From the NCBI RefSeq assembly GCF_018350175.1, contig NC_058368.1, forward strand, positions 52,329,815 to 52,393,814: DNA of 64,000 bases. The letters are read 5' to 3'. The stretch is from Felis catus (taxonomy: Eukaryota). A program made the translations under genes and the position numbers. Below are positions 1 through 12,810 of the stretch, one piece after another (the stretch's first letter is position 1; every line of letters starts with the position of its first letter). Under the pieces are notes generated by a model, which saw nothing but the letters and a program-made list of their open reading frames with translations, did not search any database and had not been told where the DNA came from.

Positions 1-147
1 TACCGCGAGCTCCCCAGTAGTCAGACAGCAAATGCTTGCGGTATGTGCTCCCACTGAACTCATGGGGTTTTTCCTGATCTCATGACCTTTTACAAAAGTT
101 TTCTTCTTCGATATTCCGTGTCTCAGTTAGTAATACCATTATTCACT

Positions 148-658
148 TAGCGTAAGTGAAATAAGTCAGACAGAAAAAGACAAAAACTATAGCTAATATC
201 ACTCATATGAAAAATTTTTTAAAAAATGAAAAACCAAAAAGGCGAAAGAACGCATGGAAGCAGAGAGGAGAGTGGTAGTTGCCACGGCTGGGGGTTGGGG
301 GAAATGGGGAGACACTGGTCAAAGGGTACATACTCTCAGTTATAAGAGGAGTAAGTTCTGGGGACCTAATGCACAGCATAGTGATTAGAGTTAATAATAC
401 TGCATTATACACCTGTAATTTGCTAGGAGTAGATTTGAAGTATTGTCACCACACACACACAAACACACACACACACACACACATGTGCACACACATATAC
501 ACACATCCACAAGGTAACTATGTGAGGTGATGGATGTGCTAATTAACTTGGCCGTGGTGAAAATTTCTGAAGTTTACATGTCTCTAATCCTCACGTTGTG
601 CACTTTAAAGATATACAAACTTATTTGTTAGTTATACCTCAATAAAGCTGGGAAAAAA
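148..658 (+). mobile_element. Old LINE-1 3' end (L1MA/L1MB-like)
   Basis: L1 ORF2-end/3'UTR phrases (aagtgaaataagtcagacagaaaaagacaaa; agttctggggacctaatgcacagcatagtgat), an internal (CA)n, and a terminal aataaagctgggaaaaaa. Confidence 0.8.
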
Positions 659-659
659 T

Positions 660-1200
660 TACGTTATCACTCATCCACTCAGATAAAATAGAAACTTCTC
701 TCCTCTCCTTCGCCTTCCCAGCATCCAATCACAAATTACTGCAATTTTACTTATAAGTATTTCTTTTTTTATATATTAAATATAATTCATTGTCAGATTG
801 GTTTCCATACAACACCCAGTGCTCATCCCAGCAGGCGCCCTCCTCAATGCCCATCACCCATTTTTCCCGTCTCCCCCCACCTCCCATCAACCCTTACTTA
901 TAAGTATTTCTTAACTCTGGGTCTCTTTTCTATTTCTCTCCCACTATCTTATTGGAGGCTGTTGTCATTACTGAGTGATCCCAGTTACTTTCTGTTGTTT
1001 CGTCCCTACTTGAAGATTTCACCCTCTGCCCCTTTACGTGTGAATCCACCATAGAAAATGTAGGTGGGAATACGTTTACTTCCGTGTCAAAGGTTTCAAT
1101 TTCTCCCCATCGACCGCAGGATGAATTTTCTGTTCCTTAGGAAATAAACAAGGTCTTTCATGACCTAACCCCACTGGTTTTTCCATCCGTATGTCCCACC
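660..1200 (+). mobile_element. Degraded L2 fragment, interrupted by a short L1
   Basis: L2-like pyrimidine-rich phrases (catccaatcacaaattactgcaattttac; caggatgaattttctgttccttagg...aaggtctttcatgacct). Boundaries approximate. Confidence 0.5.
766..893 (-). mobile_element. Very short 5'-truncated feline-type L1 (3'UTR end only)
   Basis: Closely similar to 34073-34189 in this window (tgtca.attggtttccatacaacacccagtgctcatccca). Flanked by a perfect 19-bp TSD ttacttataagtatttctt at 747-765 and 894-912. Confidence 0.9.
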
Positions 1201-1384
1201 CCTTCCCCTCTCATACCAGACCCTTTCATCATGACAATAATCACAATAGCAAATGTTAGTTTCAAAACGTGAAGTAGGAGAGGAGGGAAAGAGAGGGAAA
1301 AAACCTTCTTGCACGTGCTTGATGCTCATCACTGTGCTAACACTTCTCATCTTCGCCTCACTGTCCTTAAAGTACACGCTGTCT

Positions 1385-1510
1385 GTTTTCCTATCTTACG
1401 GATGCAGACACTGAGGCTTGAAGCAGACACCTCTTTTATGTTCACATAGCCAATAAACGAAGAATTTGGGATTCAAAGCTGGATTCCTCTCCATAGAAAT
1501 TCATGTTCTT
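1385..1510 (-). mobile_element. MIR fragment
   Basis: cctatcttacggatgcagacactgaggct...gggattcaaagct resembles the reverse complement of the MIR core. Confidence 0.55.
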
Positions 1511-2792
1511 GTATAAAATACTGTCTCAGGCTGTTTCTTCTTAATCTTCTTTGATTTTTTTTTTTTAAATGTGGTAGCTGCCTGAAATAAGTGTTTTCGC
1601 CATTTTTCTTCGACCATTTTTGCAAGGATCAGCTTAGTCTGGTTAAAGGTTCTTCCTTAAAGCACTCAGTGTACCATAAAACCTATGACTTTAGAACTTC
1701 TTTTGTATTGAAATAATCTATTTCTCTCAATCTCTCCCATCAGATTGCACTGTCTTTGAGTTATGGACACATATTTTACTTATATCTCTGGTCCCAGGAC
1801 TGGCCCATTCTCGAACCAGGTAATTAAGGAGTCGGGGCATTTGTAAAAGAAATTTTAGGCAGATTGGGAAAATGTAATTTTAGAAATAAAGTAATCATTA
1901 TCAAGAATTTGTAATGACCAGTGAACATAATAAGTTTTCGGGGAAAATGAGACTATCCTTTTTCTTTTGAAATTAGAATCCCGAGCTTCTAAGGTTTAGT
2001 ACACAGAGGAAACACTTCTCTGCAGGGTGAGGTAGGCTCTGGGGGCTGCCATAATGTCTCTTCTGTCTACCTGAGGCCCACATTCTCCTTGGTATCTGCT
2101 TAGCCTCTTAATGGCTGCCCCACATTTCAGGGTCATCACATGATCATTTCTGTTTTTCATACTTTTCGGCAAGCTCCGGAAAATAAGAACTAAAACTAGA
2201 ATACCTTAAGAACATAAACTCCATGAAATCAAAAGGTTTGTTTTTTGCCGATCTATCCCTGTGCCTATAACAACGCTCACACTTCTCAAGTCCTTCACAA
2301 AGACTTGTGGGATGAATGCTGAATCAAGTACTTCTTTCCTTGCTTCCTTTCCCTACAGAGAAGTTGCAATGGCACTTCCAGAAGATTTCATTAATGCTTA
2401 AAAGGCAAGCAATAAGAAAAAAAAGATAAAGGTCAGGTTTGTAACATGTATGTTACCTCTTTCATTTCCTTCAACTTAATCTTCCACCCAAAGCCAGCTT
2501 GAACCCTGGGCTCCTTCCATCAGCTGTCTTTCGAGTGGGTCTAAACTTGGAGACACCATTCCCAGCTCCATGCCTGATTCCATGTGAAGGCGTCAGCCCT
2601 CACATAACCACCTTGCAGCTTCTCCCTGGACTTCTGGTCACCTGTATGGGCAATACCCAAAACAGCATATTCCCACATTTCAACATGAATCATCACTTTC
2701 TTCTCAATTCTGATTTCCAGATAAGAAAATCCAATTTCTTTTCTCATGATTGATACCAAGAGTATTCTCACCCTTAAAACAATTCTGGAAAA

Positions 2793-4015
2793 TTCTGTTC
2801 CAGGTTAGATGGAGTAAGCATACTCCATCCTGTCACTTACACTGAACATGGGCATAAAATCTGGAAAGCATGGAGCATCTATTTAAGAATCCTGAAGCTA
2901 GGCAGTAGCAGGTAGGTTAGGGAAGAATGCCAGAATTAAAGTAATAACACTGAACCAGCCTGAGTTTACCATTAAAAAAATAGTCTTCCAGAATTTTTTA
3001 ACCAACGTGGAAGTGGGCACTGGCATGCAGCCAGAAGGAGCTCCAGGAGAAGCTCTCAGTTCTGACTCAAAGAGCAGGAACGGAAACTCATGAAATGTGG
3101 AGAGAAGATGAGAATATTCTGTTTATTTGTGTTCTCTCTTTTCTCCATTCCCCCCATGCCCCTGCCCCCAAACAATCCTGTAATGAGAATGGCAGTGACT
3201 GGTAACAGGAGCCTGCAGGAGGCAAACTGAGGGAAGGGAGGCTTTCTCTACACTCGGTGGACTTATGGGGTATGATCCACCTCTCCTGGTTTTGCTTTTT
3301 CTTCCTGTCCCTTGGCACCAGATGTAGACACGGTTGCAGAAGTGCACAGCGGAGCGGGGTGGGTAAAGCCCTACCTTTCCAGCCAGAAGACCAAAATGAC
3401 GAGTCTTGGAAAAAATTGGGATCATGGAGAGAGAATAATTCGGGAAAGTGATTCTATGAAGTAATTTGTGCATTTATCAGCTCAGCTCTGAGCTCATATG
3501 TGTGGAACTGATAATATCCTTCACACCGAAGACTTTGAGATCTGAAATGATAGACCAGCCCCATATTTTAGACTAGGTGATGCATACACAGGCCAGAACC
3601 AAACAGCACTATAAAGGCCATGAAAACTGAACTGGCAGGCAGCCCACAGAAGGTAGGTGGGACCTTACAGCTTGAACCTCAGCAGGTCAAACAAAACCAT
3701 CAACACCACCCATAGTACTAAACAAGACTCAGCATCTCGTAAAATGATATTCAAAGCATCCAGTGCGTGATCCCAAATTGTGCAAACATCTCAGCTCTCA
3801 AGAAAAAGCGATCAACACACACCCACACTGAGAGGACACAGATGTTAAAATGATTTGACAAGGACTTTAAAGCAGCTATTATAAAAATGTTGCTTCAAGC
3901 AATGAAGAACACTCTTGAAACCAATAGAAAAATAAACTCCTAGTAAGGAACAGAAAATACAAAGAAGAATCAAATGGAAATTTTAGAACCCCCCAAAATA
4001 GTAACCAAAATCAAG
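2793..4015 (+). mobile_element. Ancient L1M 5'UTR/ORF1 remnant
   Basis: A-rich ORF1-like phrases (gacaaggactttaaagcagctattataaaaatg; aaagaagaatcaaatggaaattttagaac), preceded by old L1 5'-like sequence. No intact frame. Confidence 0.6.
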
Positions 4016-4424
4016 TGATTCTATATGCCATATACAGAGATATAAGTTCCTCTAACACATTTATAACTGTATCTTAAGACAGTGTCATAAGTATAACACA
4101 CACACATACACACAAACACACGTGCACACATACCCACACCCAGACATATACACACAATACAAGGATATAAGAAAAATGAGGGCATTTTAAGTGTATATAA
4201 TTGTGGATAAAGAAATCTAAATATTGAAGGTGTTCCCATCATTCATATCCAGTTATCCAGTTACCTTGCATTTTGCTTTCAAAATAGAAGGCACCAAACC
4301 TGAACATTTTATAGTTTGTGGAAATTGAGTGTTTTGCATTTAGAAAAGTAGAAGCTCCTTGTTGAAAAGTACCATATGTACATAAGCAGCAATTCTATTT
4401 ACAAAGAACTGCCTTAATGTGTCC

Positions 4425-4467
4425 ATTTGCATATCATTTGCATTTTTGTCACCATACCTGTCAATCA
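4425..4467. promoter_or_regulatory. Candidate enhancer core: two octamer motifs plus a PBX-MEIS decamer
   Basis: ATTTGCAT at 4425-4432 and 4436-4443; CTGTCAATCA (reverse complement TGATTGACAG) at 4458-4467. Motif evidence only. Confidence 0.4.
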
Positions 4468-7329
4468 GCTCCAGCAATGAGCAAATCAGGTAGCCCACAT
4501 GGGAACCTGGGCCAAAGGAAAAAAAACTGCTAGGTGATCTAAGGTGGCTGAAACCCTCATGTATTTATTTTTAAGGCAGTATTTTTCAAGAAAGCATATT
4601 GTGATGCTGAATATGAGCAATTTGGATGTTTTAACAAACACAACTTCTCATCTAATAATAACTTTTTTTCTATATATTTTGGGAACTTTGTTAATTTTAA
4701 TCCTTTTTTGTGCTTTCTTCAAATTATCAGGCTAAGGTAAAGTACTTCCAACTACCAAACAGTACTCTGTGGCTAAACTGATTGTTAGAAATCCTGGGCG
4801 TCGATTACTTCTAGAAACTTTCTTACATATGTTAAAGCTACAACCTTAAAGATGTTTTTAAAAATCCTAAAACTCAGGGTTGCTAAAAGATGCTTGGAAA
4901 TACCAAGGCTATAATTATGAGTACTAACATCACATCCATAGATTGGGTCACAAGTGAAAGGAAACTGGCATTTCTAGAACAAAACCTCCAGGATGTTGAG
5001 TGACATTATCCCTTTCAGGTAGAATTTCTGCGGTTTTCTCCTGGTGCTTATATTTCAGCTTGGAAAATAAACCCTCTGTGAATGATGACACAAGGAAAAT
5101 CCTGCTTGCTTAATAATGAAGCTTCCAGAACTGATGTTTCTTTGGGGGGTAATATCCAGTTATTGTGTCTGCAGAATCCTGGGACGGAGAAGATGCTTAG
5201 TAATCGCTATCATGATGATCGCTCGGTATGGCTGCTGAAAGAGAGGGCTCGCATTAGGCATGTGAGACAGCACAGCAGTCCTGGCTGGCAGGAAGTATTT
5301 TTCAATGAGTAAAATATTTCATCTAGTTTTACACGTGGCATTATGAAGCTCGCTTTTGCACATGGGCACACTGCGAAATTAATATTTTGACCCTAATCGC
5401 GAAAAAAAGTGGGAAACTGGCACCAAATTCCGTTTCTGAGTTAATCGTGAAGTTGGGATCTTGGGATCCTCCTTAGAAACTGGGTCCCTGCCAGGCACTT
5501 TTCTTCGCATTTGGTCTGTGACTACAACTAACATTCATTAAAGGGGAAGGAAATAACCCAATCAACAAGTTTGCTTAAACACCCGACCTTTCTTTGTTAA
5601 AACTTGTACACAAAAGAGACGTTGTATGGAAGTAAAGACTAAGCAAAAAAACATTGTAGCAATTTGCTGAACATGGAGACTTATTGAGGATGCAGTCCTG
5701 AATAATACACACTAGCTTTGCTCTTCCTCTTTAGTCTGTGTAGAGAAGCTATGAATCATTCATGGTCTCCCAGCTGAGAAGGGCTTCAAAGGGGATGGTT
5801 CTGATTGGATGTCCTGTGTGAATTGCCATGCTGCAGAATCCGCTACACCCTAGCACTGGAGGGTGGAGGAAGCACTTTCATCTGGGCCTCCAAAGTGTTT
5901 AGGGTCACAGTTCACCAGGAGATAACGATGTAGATGTACATTCAGAATTAGCTGCAGAGATACCTGTGTAGTGCGGTGTGGAAAAGTGAGCCAGTTAGAT
6001 CCCCAGTGGATGCTGTGAATCAATTACTGTATTCTGAATACAAGGTTGGCTGCAGGGGATAAACAGATGTCAGAGAATTTTTCCCTAATAAGACCCTGGT
6101 AATAGAAGAGCACTGTCAGCTTCATTTTGCATTAAAAATCTCATTTCCTCTTTATATGACCAATTTTATTAGGTCCCTAAACAAAGATATTTTGTGTAAC
6201 TCTTAGCAGCATAATGGGAACGGTGTCACCAAATTTCATATTTTCAGGTTTTTGTCCCCCAAATCAAGAGGCAAAACAGGAGTCGATTCTGAAGTCAGGA
6301 CTTGAGCAGGGCTCATCAAAAAGGCTTTCTGTGAATCTGTTCACATGTCGGTTGGTAATGGTTAATTTTCACTTTCAATCAGAAGTATCAACATTCTTAA
6401 AGAATATAATCCTTGGGGTGTAAATTAAAGCTAAACTTTATATTTTCTCTGCGCTCGTTTTTTTCCCCATTTTCCAATCACGGGTGACACTGACATAAAA
6501 TTGCCCTAACTAGAGCTCAGGCACCACTGAACTTTTCTGGGTAATTTTGTTTTTAAAGCGTTATGCGTTGGGAGATACCTCTGACAGGCTATGTTTTCTA
6601 TCCCAAGCATCAGTCCCTCACAAAAAGAAACCGACACTTGGATCCTTCCCTCTATACCCTTTGGAGGCCCAAATTCAAGTAGAAACATCATTGTGAGGTA
6701 TCTGCTAATATCCAATTAACCTCTCTCTTCATCTGCAACTCTTCCGAAAGAGAGAGAATCTCCTTCGGGCTGTCAGGCAGGATATTTTCTGTGTTCGGCT
6801 CCAAGTGGAAAAAGCAGAAGCAGAGGAGGTGATGTGAGTTCACTTTACAATGTCTTCTATTGATTTAGTGAGAAAATATCGTTTTAAGATTCACTAGACT
6901 CCAATCCTCCAAATGTAAAACCTTTGTTCCCAACATCTAAAGATGAAGACAGCTCAAGGAAGAGCCGCTTCTACTGTGATGGGAAGAAGAAGAAAATCAC
7001 ACGATGAAGTAATGCAAATGACACAGAGAAATAAAGTCATGTCCGTTGGAGATATAGGACGACAAAGCTACAACTCCAGAGAGAAAAAACAATTTTTTCA
7101 ACGTTACTATGTTGTAAAGCTTAAACGTGTTAACTGATCTGATTTTATTAAATTCGTATTGGCTGTTTACTTGTGACTATATGACTCGTTCGTTGGAGCT
7201 ATACTGTGTTCGCAGAACTCATCAGATGATGGAACTAAAATAGAAAAGAAAGGTACTTAGGCAATTACACAATTGGTCAGCACATCCCCCAAAGGAAAGC
7301 TCACGCAGTGTAGAGAGGACTTTGACAAA

Positions 7330-7348
7330 GAGGCAGCAGGTGGCGCTC
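7330..7348 (+). promoter_or_regulatory. Candidate CTCF binding site
   Basis: GAGGCAGCAGGTGGCGCTC is a close match to the CTCF core. A weaker same-orientation match lies at 7361-7378. Confidence 0.55.
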
Positions 7349-9149
7349 TTCCCCTGACATGGGCGCCAAGTGGGAGCATTCCCTCAGGATGGGTTTCCCT
7401 GTTGGATGTGCTAGATTGGGGTGAAATGTTCAAACAAACTGAGATTTTAATTGTTAAAGATATCTTCACATATTTGCAAGGAGTAATGGTGTCTTATCAG
7501 CTTCCAGATTTGGGTAATTGTATTCTTCCTTCCAATATTCTTTTTCGACTCATTTTAATTTGGCATTCTTCATTTATTGGTCTAAATTTGGGGTAGCAAG
7601 TCGCTGATGCTCTTGAATACCTCTATGATTCTACCTAGGAGTAAATACATTTCTGTTATTACTTCAGTTACTTTTTCACAGAAAATGCTCCATAGGATTT
7701 CTTTCAGACAAAATGAGTGGCATTATCGACGACAGGCTCCTATTGATAAATAATAGATAAATTAAGCAAGATGAAAAGTAAATCTGGGAGGCTATTGACA
7801 AATTGAGTATTGGCTAAAGTATTCACGGAAGGTGAGAACTGTAACGGCACTGGTCCACAGTAATAAGCAAATTCTCTACAGGGCTTTAGAGTTTATTTTT
7901 CACATTCATTCATTACAACCCAAAGTACTACCTAATGGAGTGAAACTCAAAATTACATTTATGTTTTTTTATTACAAATCCCATTATTTTGTGACTATAA
8001 CACACTCCCGTTATTGTTAGTAGATGAATGCATGTTTTTTCCACGTCTGAGGCATAAGATTTTTATGCATCGTTAATAGAGTAGCTACATCATAATAATT
8101 GACTGTAAGGAAGTGAATAAAAACTTAACTTGCTACTTTGATTCTGTGTGGAGGCTCCTCAGCTACTTACTCTCTGTCTACCACATAGGTTGCCCAGCCA
8201 TTCCAAGGAAAATGCTAAGAATATAAAAATAAAATAAATAATAAATAAATTAAGATAAATAATAACATAAATTGTTTTGTTCCGTTCACAATGCCGAATT
8301 TAGGAAAACCAGCCACCGAAGGAGCGGAATGAGCACGGACACAAACATTGGAATAGGAATTTACAGAGCAAAGTGGAGACTGTATGGTACTGTGACTGTG
8401 CCTTTATGGAACGGGTTGTCCACATTCCAAGGCTCTGATTTGATTCTATGTGCTTTTCCAATCTCTGAGAAATGACTCGACTAGTAATGAAATTTCTTGA
8501 TATCTAGGAAAGCCCCTAAAAAGTTTTAATTAATACTACTTAGAAGTTCTTAAAGCTGCACTTTAAGAAAAGTTCTAATTTTATTTATTTGTCCTAAGTA
8601 AGGAACTTTTCATTTTTTTTTTTTACCCTATCTTTACGACAAAGCCGGTGTTTCTTATGGTAACATTTTCTGGGTAGGAAATTTCAGTGTATTTGCCTGG
8701 AGAGTTAAAGTCAAGGTGCTGAAAGTGTGGTACATTCTTCTCAGTGGTTTGTGAAAGAAAAGGTGACTTGGGTGGATATACATGATATTGAACTACATAA
8801 CCTAACCAAAGTTAAAAGAATAAAAACTTCTCATTCATTTATCTTGATCTACTCACCAAGTGGCTGGGTCATGATCTGTAAAGTACTTAGAAAGAGTTAT
8901 GCAATTTAATCTAAGTGTCCTAGAGTAATGATCAGTCTCATTAATTCACCATTTAACAACATGCCCAGTACATAATAAGTGCTTAATTAATGTATTTTGG
9001 ATAAATTAGTAACTGAGTCGAGAATTGGGTCAAAACCAGTTGTATGAGGACTAGAGCTGATTTTTTTTTTTCCTGATTAGATGGCATCACTTGTTAAGCA
9101 ATGGACTAGCTCCTTGGGAAATATTTGGAAGATTTATTTACTCATTACC

Positions 9150-9510
9150 TCATTGTTCACTCATCTATTCAACAAATGTGTTCTGAAATGTACTTACCAT
9201 TAAACAAGGTAACATTGTTGGCTTTTAAAAATGCAGAGGTGAATGAGTGTAAGTAGGAAGGGAGATAATTAAACAATTCGATGTAGTGTGATAAACGTAA
9301 TGATAAGAGAAAGCTCAGAATGCTTGGGGACACCTAAACTGGTCTTTGATGTCAAGGATGGTCTTTTGGGTGTGATGATGTCTAGAGTGGAGCCTACATC
9401 TGAGGAAAATTTGGAAGTGAGTGGGGATAAGATGAGGGGTCATGGCTCAGGACAGTGAAAGGTGATCCAGGCAGAAGGGAAGGGGCATGTAATTCAAAGA
9501 CCTGAAAGTC
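9150..9510 (-). mobile_element. L2 fragment (3' end)
   Basis: Starts ttcactcatctattcaacaaatgtgttctga, the reverse complement of the L2 3' terminus, followed by purine-rich L2-like body. Confidence 0.55.
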
Positions 9511-10401
9511 ATTAAATAAGGCCTCTATAGAAAACAAATGTCATTTAAAATTTTACATGCATCTGGAGATAATTGTGAAGCCACAGATGAAGAGAAAAAG
9601 AGCTCATGAATTAAAACTATGATTGATAAATAGAAACGATACAGGAAGAATCCATCATTTTACAGAAATATAATTTTCTATTTTGAGTTGTCCAGACATG
9701 ATAACAGCCAATTTTTTTACCTGAATCAAAATATGATATTCAAAGGACACAACCAATAACATTGTATAGTATTAAAAAATCAACCTAAAACAAATAATCC
9801 TTTTCTAAAATGTAGAAGATACATAAAAAGTAGTATCACAAAAACATCAAAATTAAGATCATATCATAGGTTTATAAGGTTATGGTGATGTCCAATTTTC
9901 CTGATGGTCTTAACTTGGCCATGAATATCCAAGGACATTTAAGACCTCCATTATGAAGCGAGAGGAAACAAAACTCTTGCTCCTCTGGTTTTATTGTGTT
10001 CCTCGAACTAGATGTCAAACCTATATAATATTTATAACTCTTCTTTTATCCTGACTACTGATTTGGTGATAGAAAATAAACATAGAATAATCCGTAAATT
10101 TTAGGGTCATTTGGCTGACAATGAGTTTTCTCTTAATCTCTAGGAGGGTTTCGATACAGTTCCACATCCACCATCTTGACATGAGCAATGCCAGTTGCCT
10201 ACTAACTGGCTTTTGACTTTAGCTGCTCTTCAGTGGACTTTTGTCACAGGAAAGCCACAACTGACACTCTTCATACAACCAGTCTACCAAAATCATTTGG
10301 CAGATTCATCAGAAGAGTAACGTGACATAGTTTTAGGTCGTTTGATTGTGTTCAATTTCATTTTACTTTTGGTTTCAGGAAAACGGATGACTGCTTCTCG
10401 G

Positions 10402-10554
10402 CAGGACAGGCTACATTATTTCGGGAGTCCAGGAGTGAAATGCAAATGCGGCTGTTCAAACACTACCAAGAATCAAAACTGTAACAACAGGGCATTAGAG
10501 CAAGGGCAGGACATTGTGCACCCCACCAGTCTCATGTCCACGAAAGCAGTCCTG
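10402..10554 (-). mobile_element. MER45-like hAT non-autonomous DNA transposon
   Basis: Terminal inverted repeats caggacaggct...agcagtcctg; the internal sequence resembles MER45A. Confidence 0.6.
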
Positions 10555-10614
10555 ATTCCTAGCAGGCTACAGGGTCTAAACCACACTTATTTAGTCATAA
10601 TATGCTGTTGGCAT

Positions 10615-10663
10615 AAATATTCACTCTGGGAAGAAGTGAGAAAATATTCACTCTGGGAAGAAG
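10615..10663. repeat. 22-bp exact direct repeat, period 27
   Basis: aaatattcactctgggaagaag at 10615-10636 and 10642-10663. Confidence 0.9.
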
Positions 10664-10804
10664 ACCCTGAGAAATCTACTCCTGAAAGAATAATGTACTG
10701 TTGTTGGGACCCTCCCCATTAGAAAGAGAGGTTTTCGGTGTCTCCATGCATGGAGAAGGAGGGAAGTCTGAGTAAAGAGCAAAATGACAAATTAGAGGAC
10801 TGAA

Positions 10805-11000
10805 TGGGAATCCCACTTCTGCTCCTCTCGAACCAAACTTGAGCAAGTCTCACGCCTCTTGTAATCTTGCTTTCCTTACCTGTAAGACAATTTTTTGTGC
10901 TATCTATTTGAAAGTGAACTTGTAAAGAAAACATGAAAGATTGTGTATGAATTTTTAAAAATCACGAAGTACCACATAAATGTAAAGTGCAGTTATTGTG
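10805..11000 (+). mobile_element. MIR fragment
   Basis: ttgagcaagtctcac...tttccttacctgtaag...aaatgtaaagtgcagttatt resembles the MIR core and 3' part. Confidence 0.5.
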
Positions 11001-12028
11001 GAGTAAATAACAGCACTAACGAGAACATGAACAACACTAGCATATTCAAACGCAATGCTCCTTTGGAAAAACTGTGTACATTTATAACATCTTTACTGGA
11101 TGAGCCCCATGGTTTTATACAGGGCATAGGGTTTTCTCCTCCAGGTGATAGAGGTAAAAAGTAAAGTTATTTATGACGAATTCATATTTTCAATGGGATT
11201 CAATTGTTTTAATCAAAAATCTCCACATGGATAAAAAAATATGGAATTCAATCAGCGATTTCAGTGAATATTTACTGGAGGAAAGGAATACTTAGAAATT
11301 TACCTTAAACTTGCTATAGACATTAAAATAACATTTGTTTCTTTACATTAAATGATAACTAGCATCTTCAATAAAACCCAAGCAAAGAAAAATTTGCCGT
11401 CAATAAAATATGCTGATTTAAAATGACTATAAAGATATATATATAAATTTTTATTTTCCAAATTTCCACATGCACCCGATTCCAGGAGTCAGAGAGAAAA
11501 TTATCAGCCATGAATATAATGTATATAAATAAAGCAATTCCCATTTGTCTGAATGCAAGCAAAGGATTTATTTGAAAAGAAGAATTATCCCTTCACCTTT
11601 ATAAGCAGTTTGGTTTCTGAATGTGCTTGTTGATGGGTGCTATTTTCACAATTCAGCACTAATTATTAATTTGTATTTTGGGGGAGGGGTTATGCACATA
11701 AGTCTCATTATTCCCATGAGACTTTTGTAAATAACACTTTAGAGCAGAGGCGGAAAATGTGTGCAGCTCTCATTTCTGGTTGCACATCACCTCGCATTAT
11801 AATCCTGTTGCCAAGTTGTAAGTGTTAGCTGATATTATACCTCCACACTCAAGGTACCCATATTTCAGTGAGAAGAGAGGAGTTTTCTGTTAGAGAAGCA
11901 CAGAATGAGAAGTTGGTCCCCAGATACTTTTTCATTTTAGTGGCACGCCATTAGCATCTTGAATATTTCAATGTGAGCACAAGGAAGTTCATAAGGGGAT
12001 AAAATAACAATAATAATGTCAGATTTAT

Positions 12029-12256
12029 TTATTTTTTTTTTAATTTTTTTTTTCAACGTTTATTTATTTTTGGGACAGAGAGAGACAGAGCATGAACAGG
12101 GGAGGGGCAGAGAGAGAGGGAGACACAGAACCGGAAACAGGCTCCAGGCTCCGAGCCATCAGCCCAGAGCCCGACGCGGGGCTCGAACTCACGGACCGCG
12201 AGATCGTGACCTGGCTGAAGTCGGACGCTTAACCGACTGCGCCACCCAGGCGCCCC
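12029..12256 (-). mobile_element. CanSINE, young feline subfamily
   Basis: Full length, CpGs retained; perfect 17-bp TSD aataatgtcagatttat at 12012-12028 and 12257-12273. Confidence 0.97.
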
Positions 12257-12594
12257 AATAATGTCAGATTTATATAGAGTCTTATCCTGAAAACTCTTAA
12301 ACTGCTTCCGAAGCAGGATTAGGTTAGATTCTTAGCTGAGCTCCTTTTCTCCCTCCTTTTTTAGTTTTGAAAATAGGGAAACGTGAGACACTGATAATTT
12401 GCAATCATGTTGTTTCTTTCACTGGAAGGATTCATGTCTCCTTTAAATATGTTTTTTTCTAAAGTGGGACGAATATGTGGTTTATTCATTTGTTTTTCTT
12501 TCTATTCGATTACTGGAGCCTGAAACAGAGTTTTGTGTGGTTTTTGGGTTTTTGTACATCAAGTTAATGCTACTGTTTTAAAATTTTCCACTTA

Positions 12595-12810
12595 GGGGCG
12601 CCTGGGTGGCTCAGTCGGTTAAGTGTCTGACTTCAGCTCAGGTCACGATCTCACGGTCTGTGGGTTCAACCCACGCATCCGGCTCTGTGCCGACAGCTCA
12701 GAGCCCGGAGCCTGTTTGGATTCTGTGTCCCCCTTCCCTCTCTGGCTCTTCCCGGGTGCTCTGTCTCTCTCTGTCTCTCAACCATAAAGAAACCTTAAAA
12801 TTTTTTTTTC
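12595..12810 (+). mobile_element. CanSINE
   Basis: ggggcgcctgggtggctcagtcggttaag head, (CT)n region and A/T tail; degenerate TSD. Confidence 0.95.

Noticed and set aside
12595..12680. tRNA-like A/B boxes as tRNA genes
   Set aside because: They are the tRNA-derived heads of CanSINEs and are followed by SINE body and tail.
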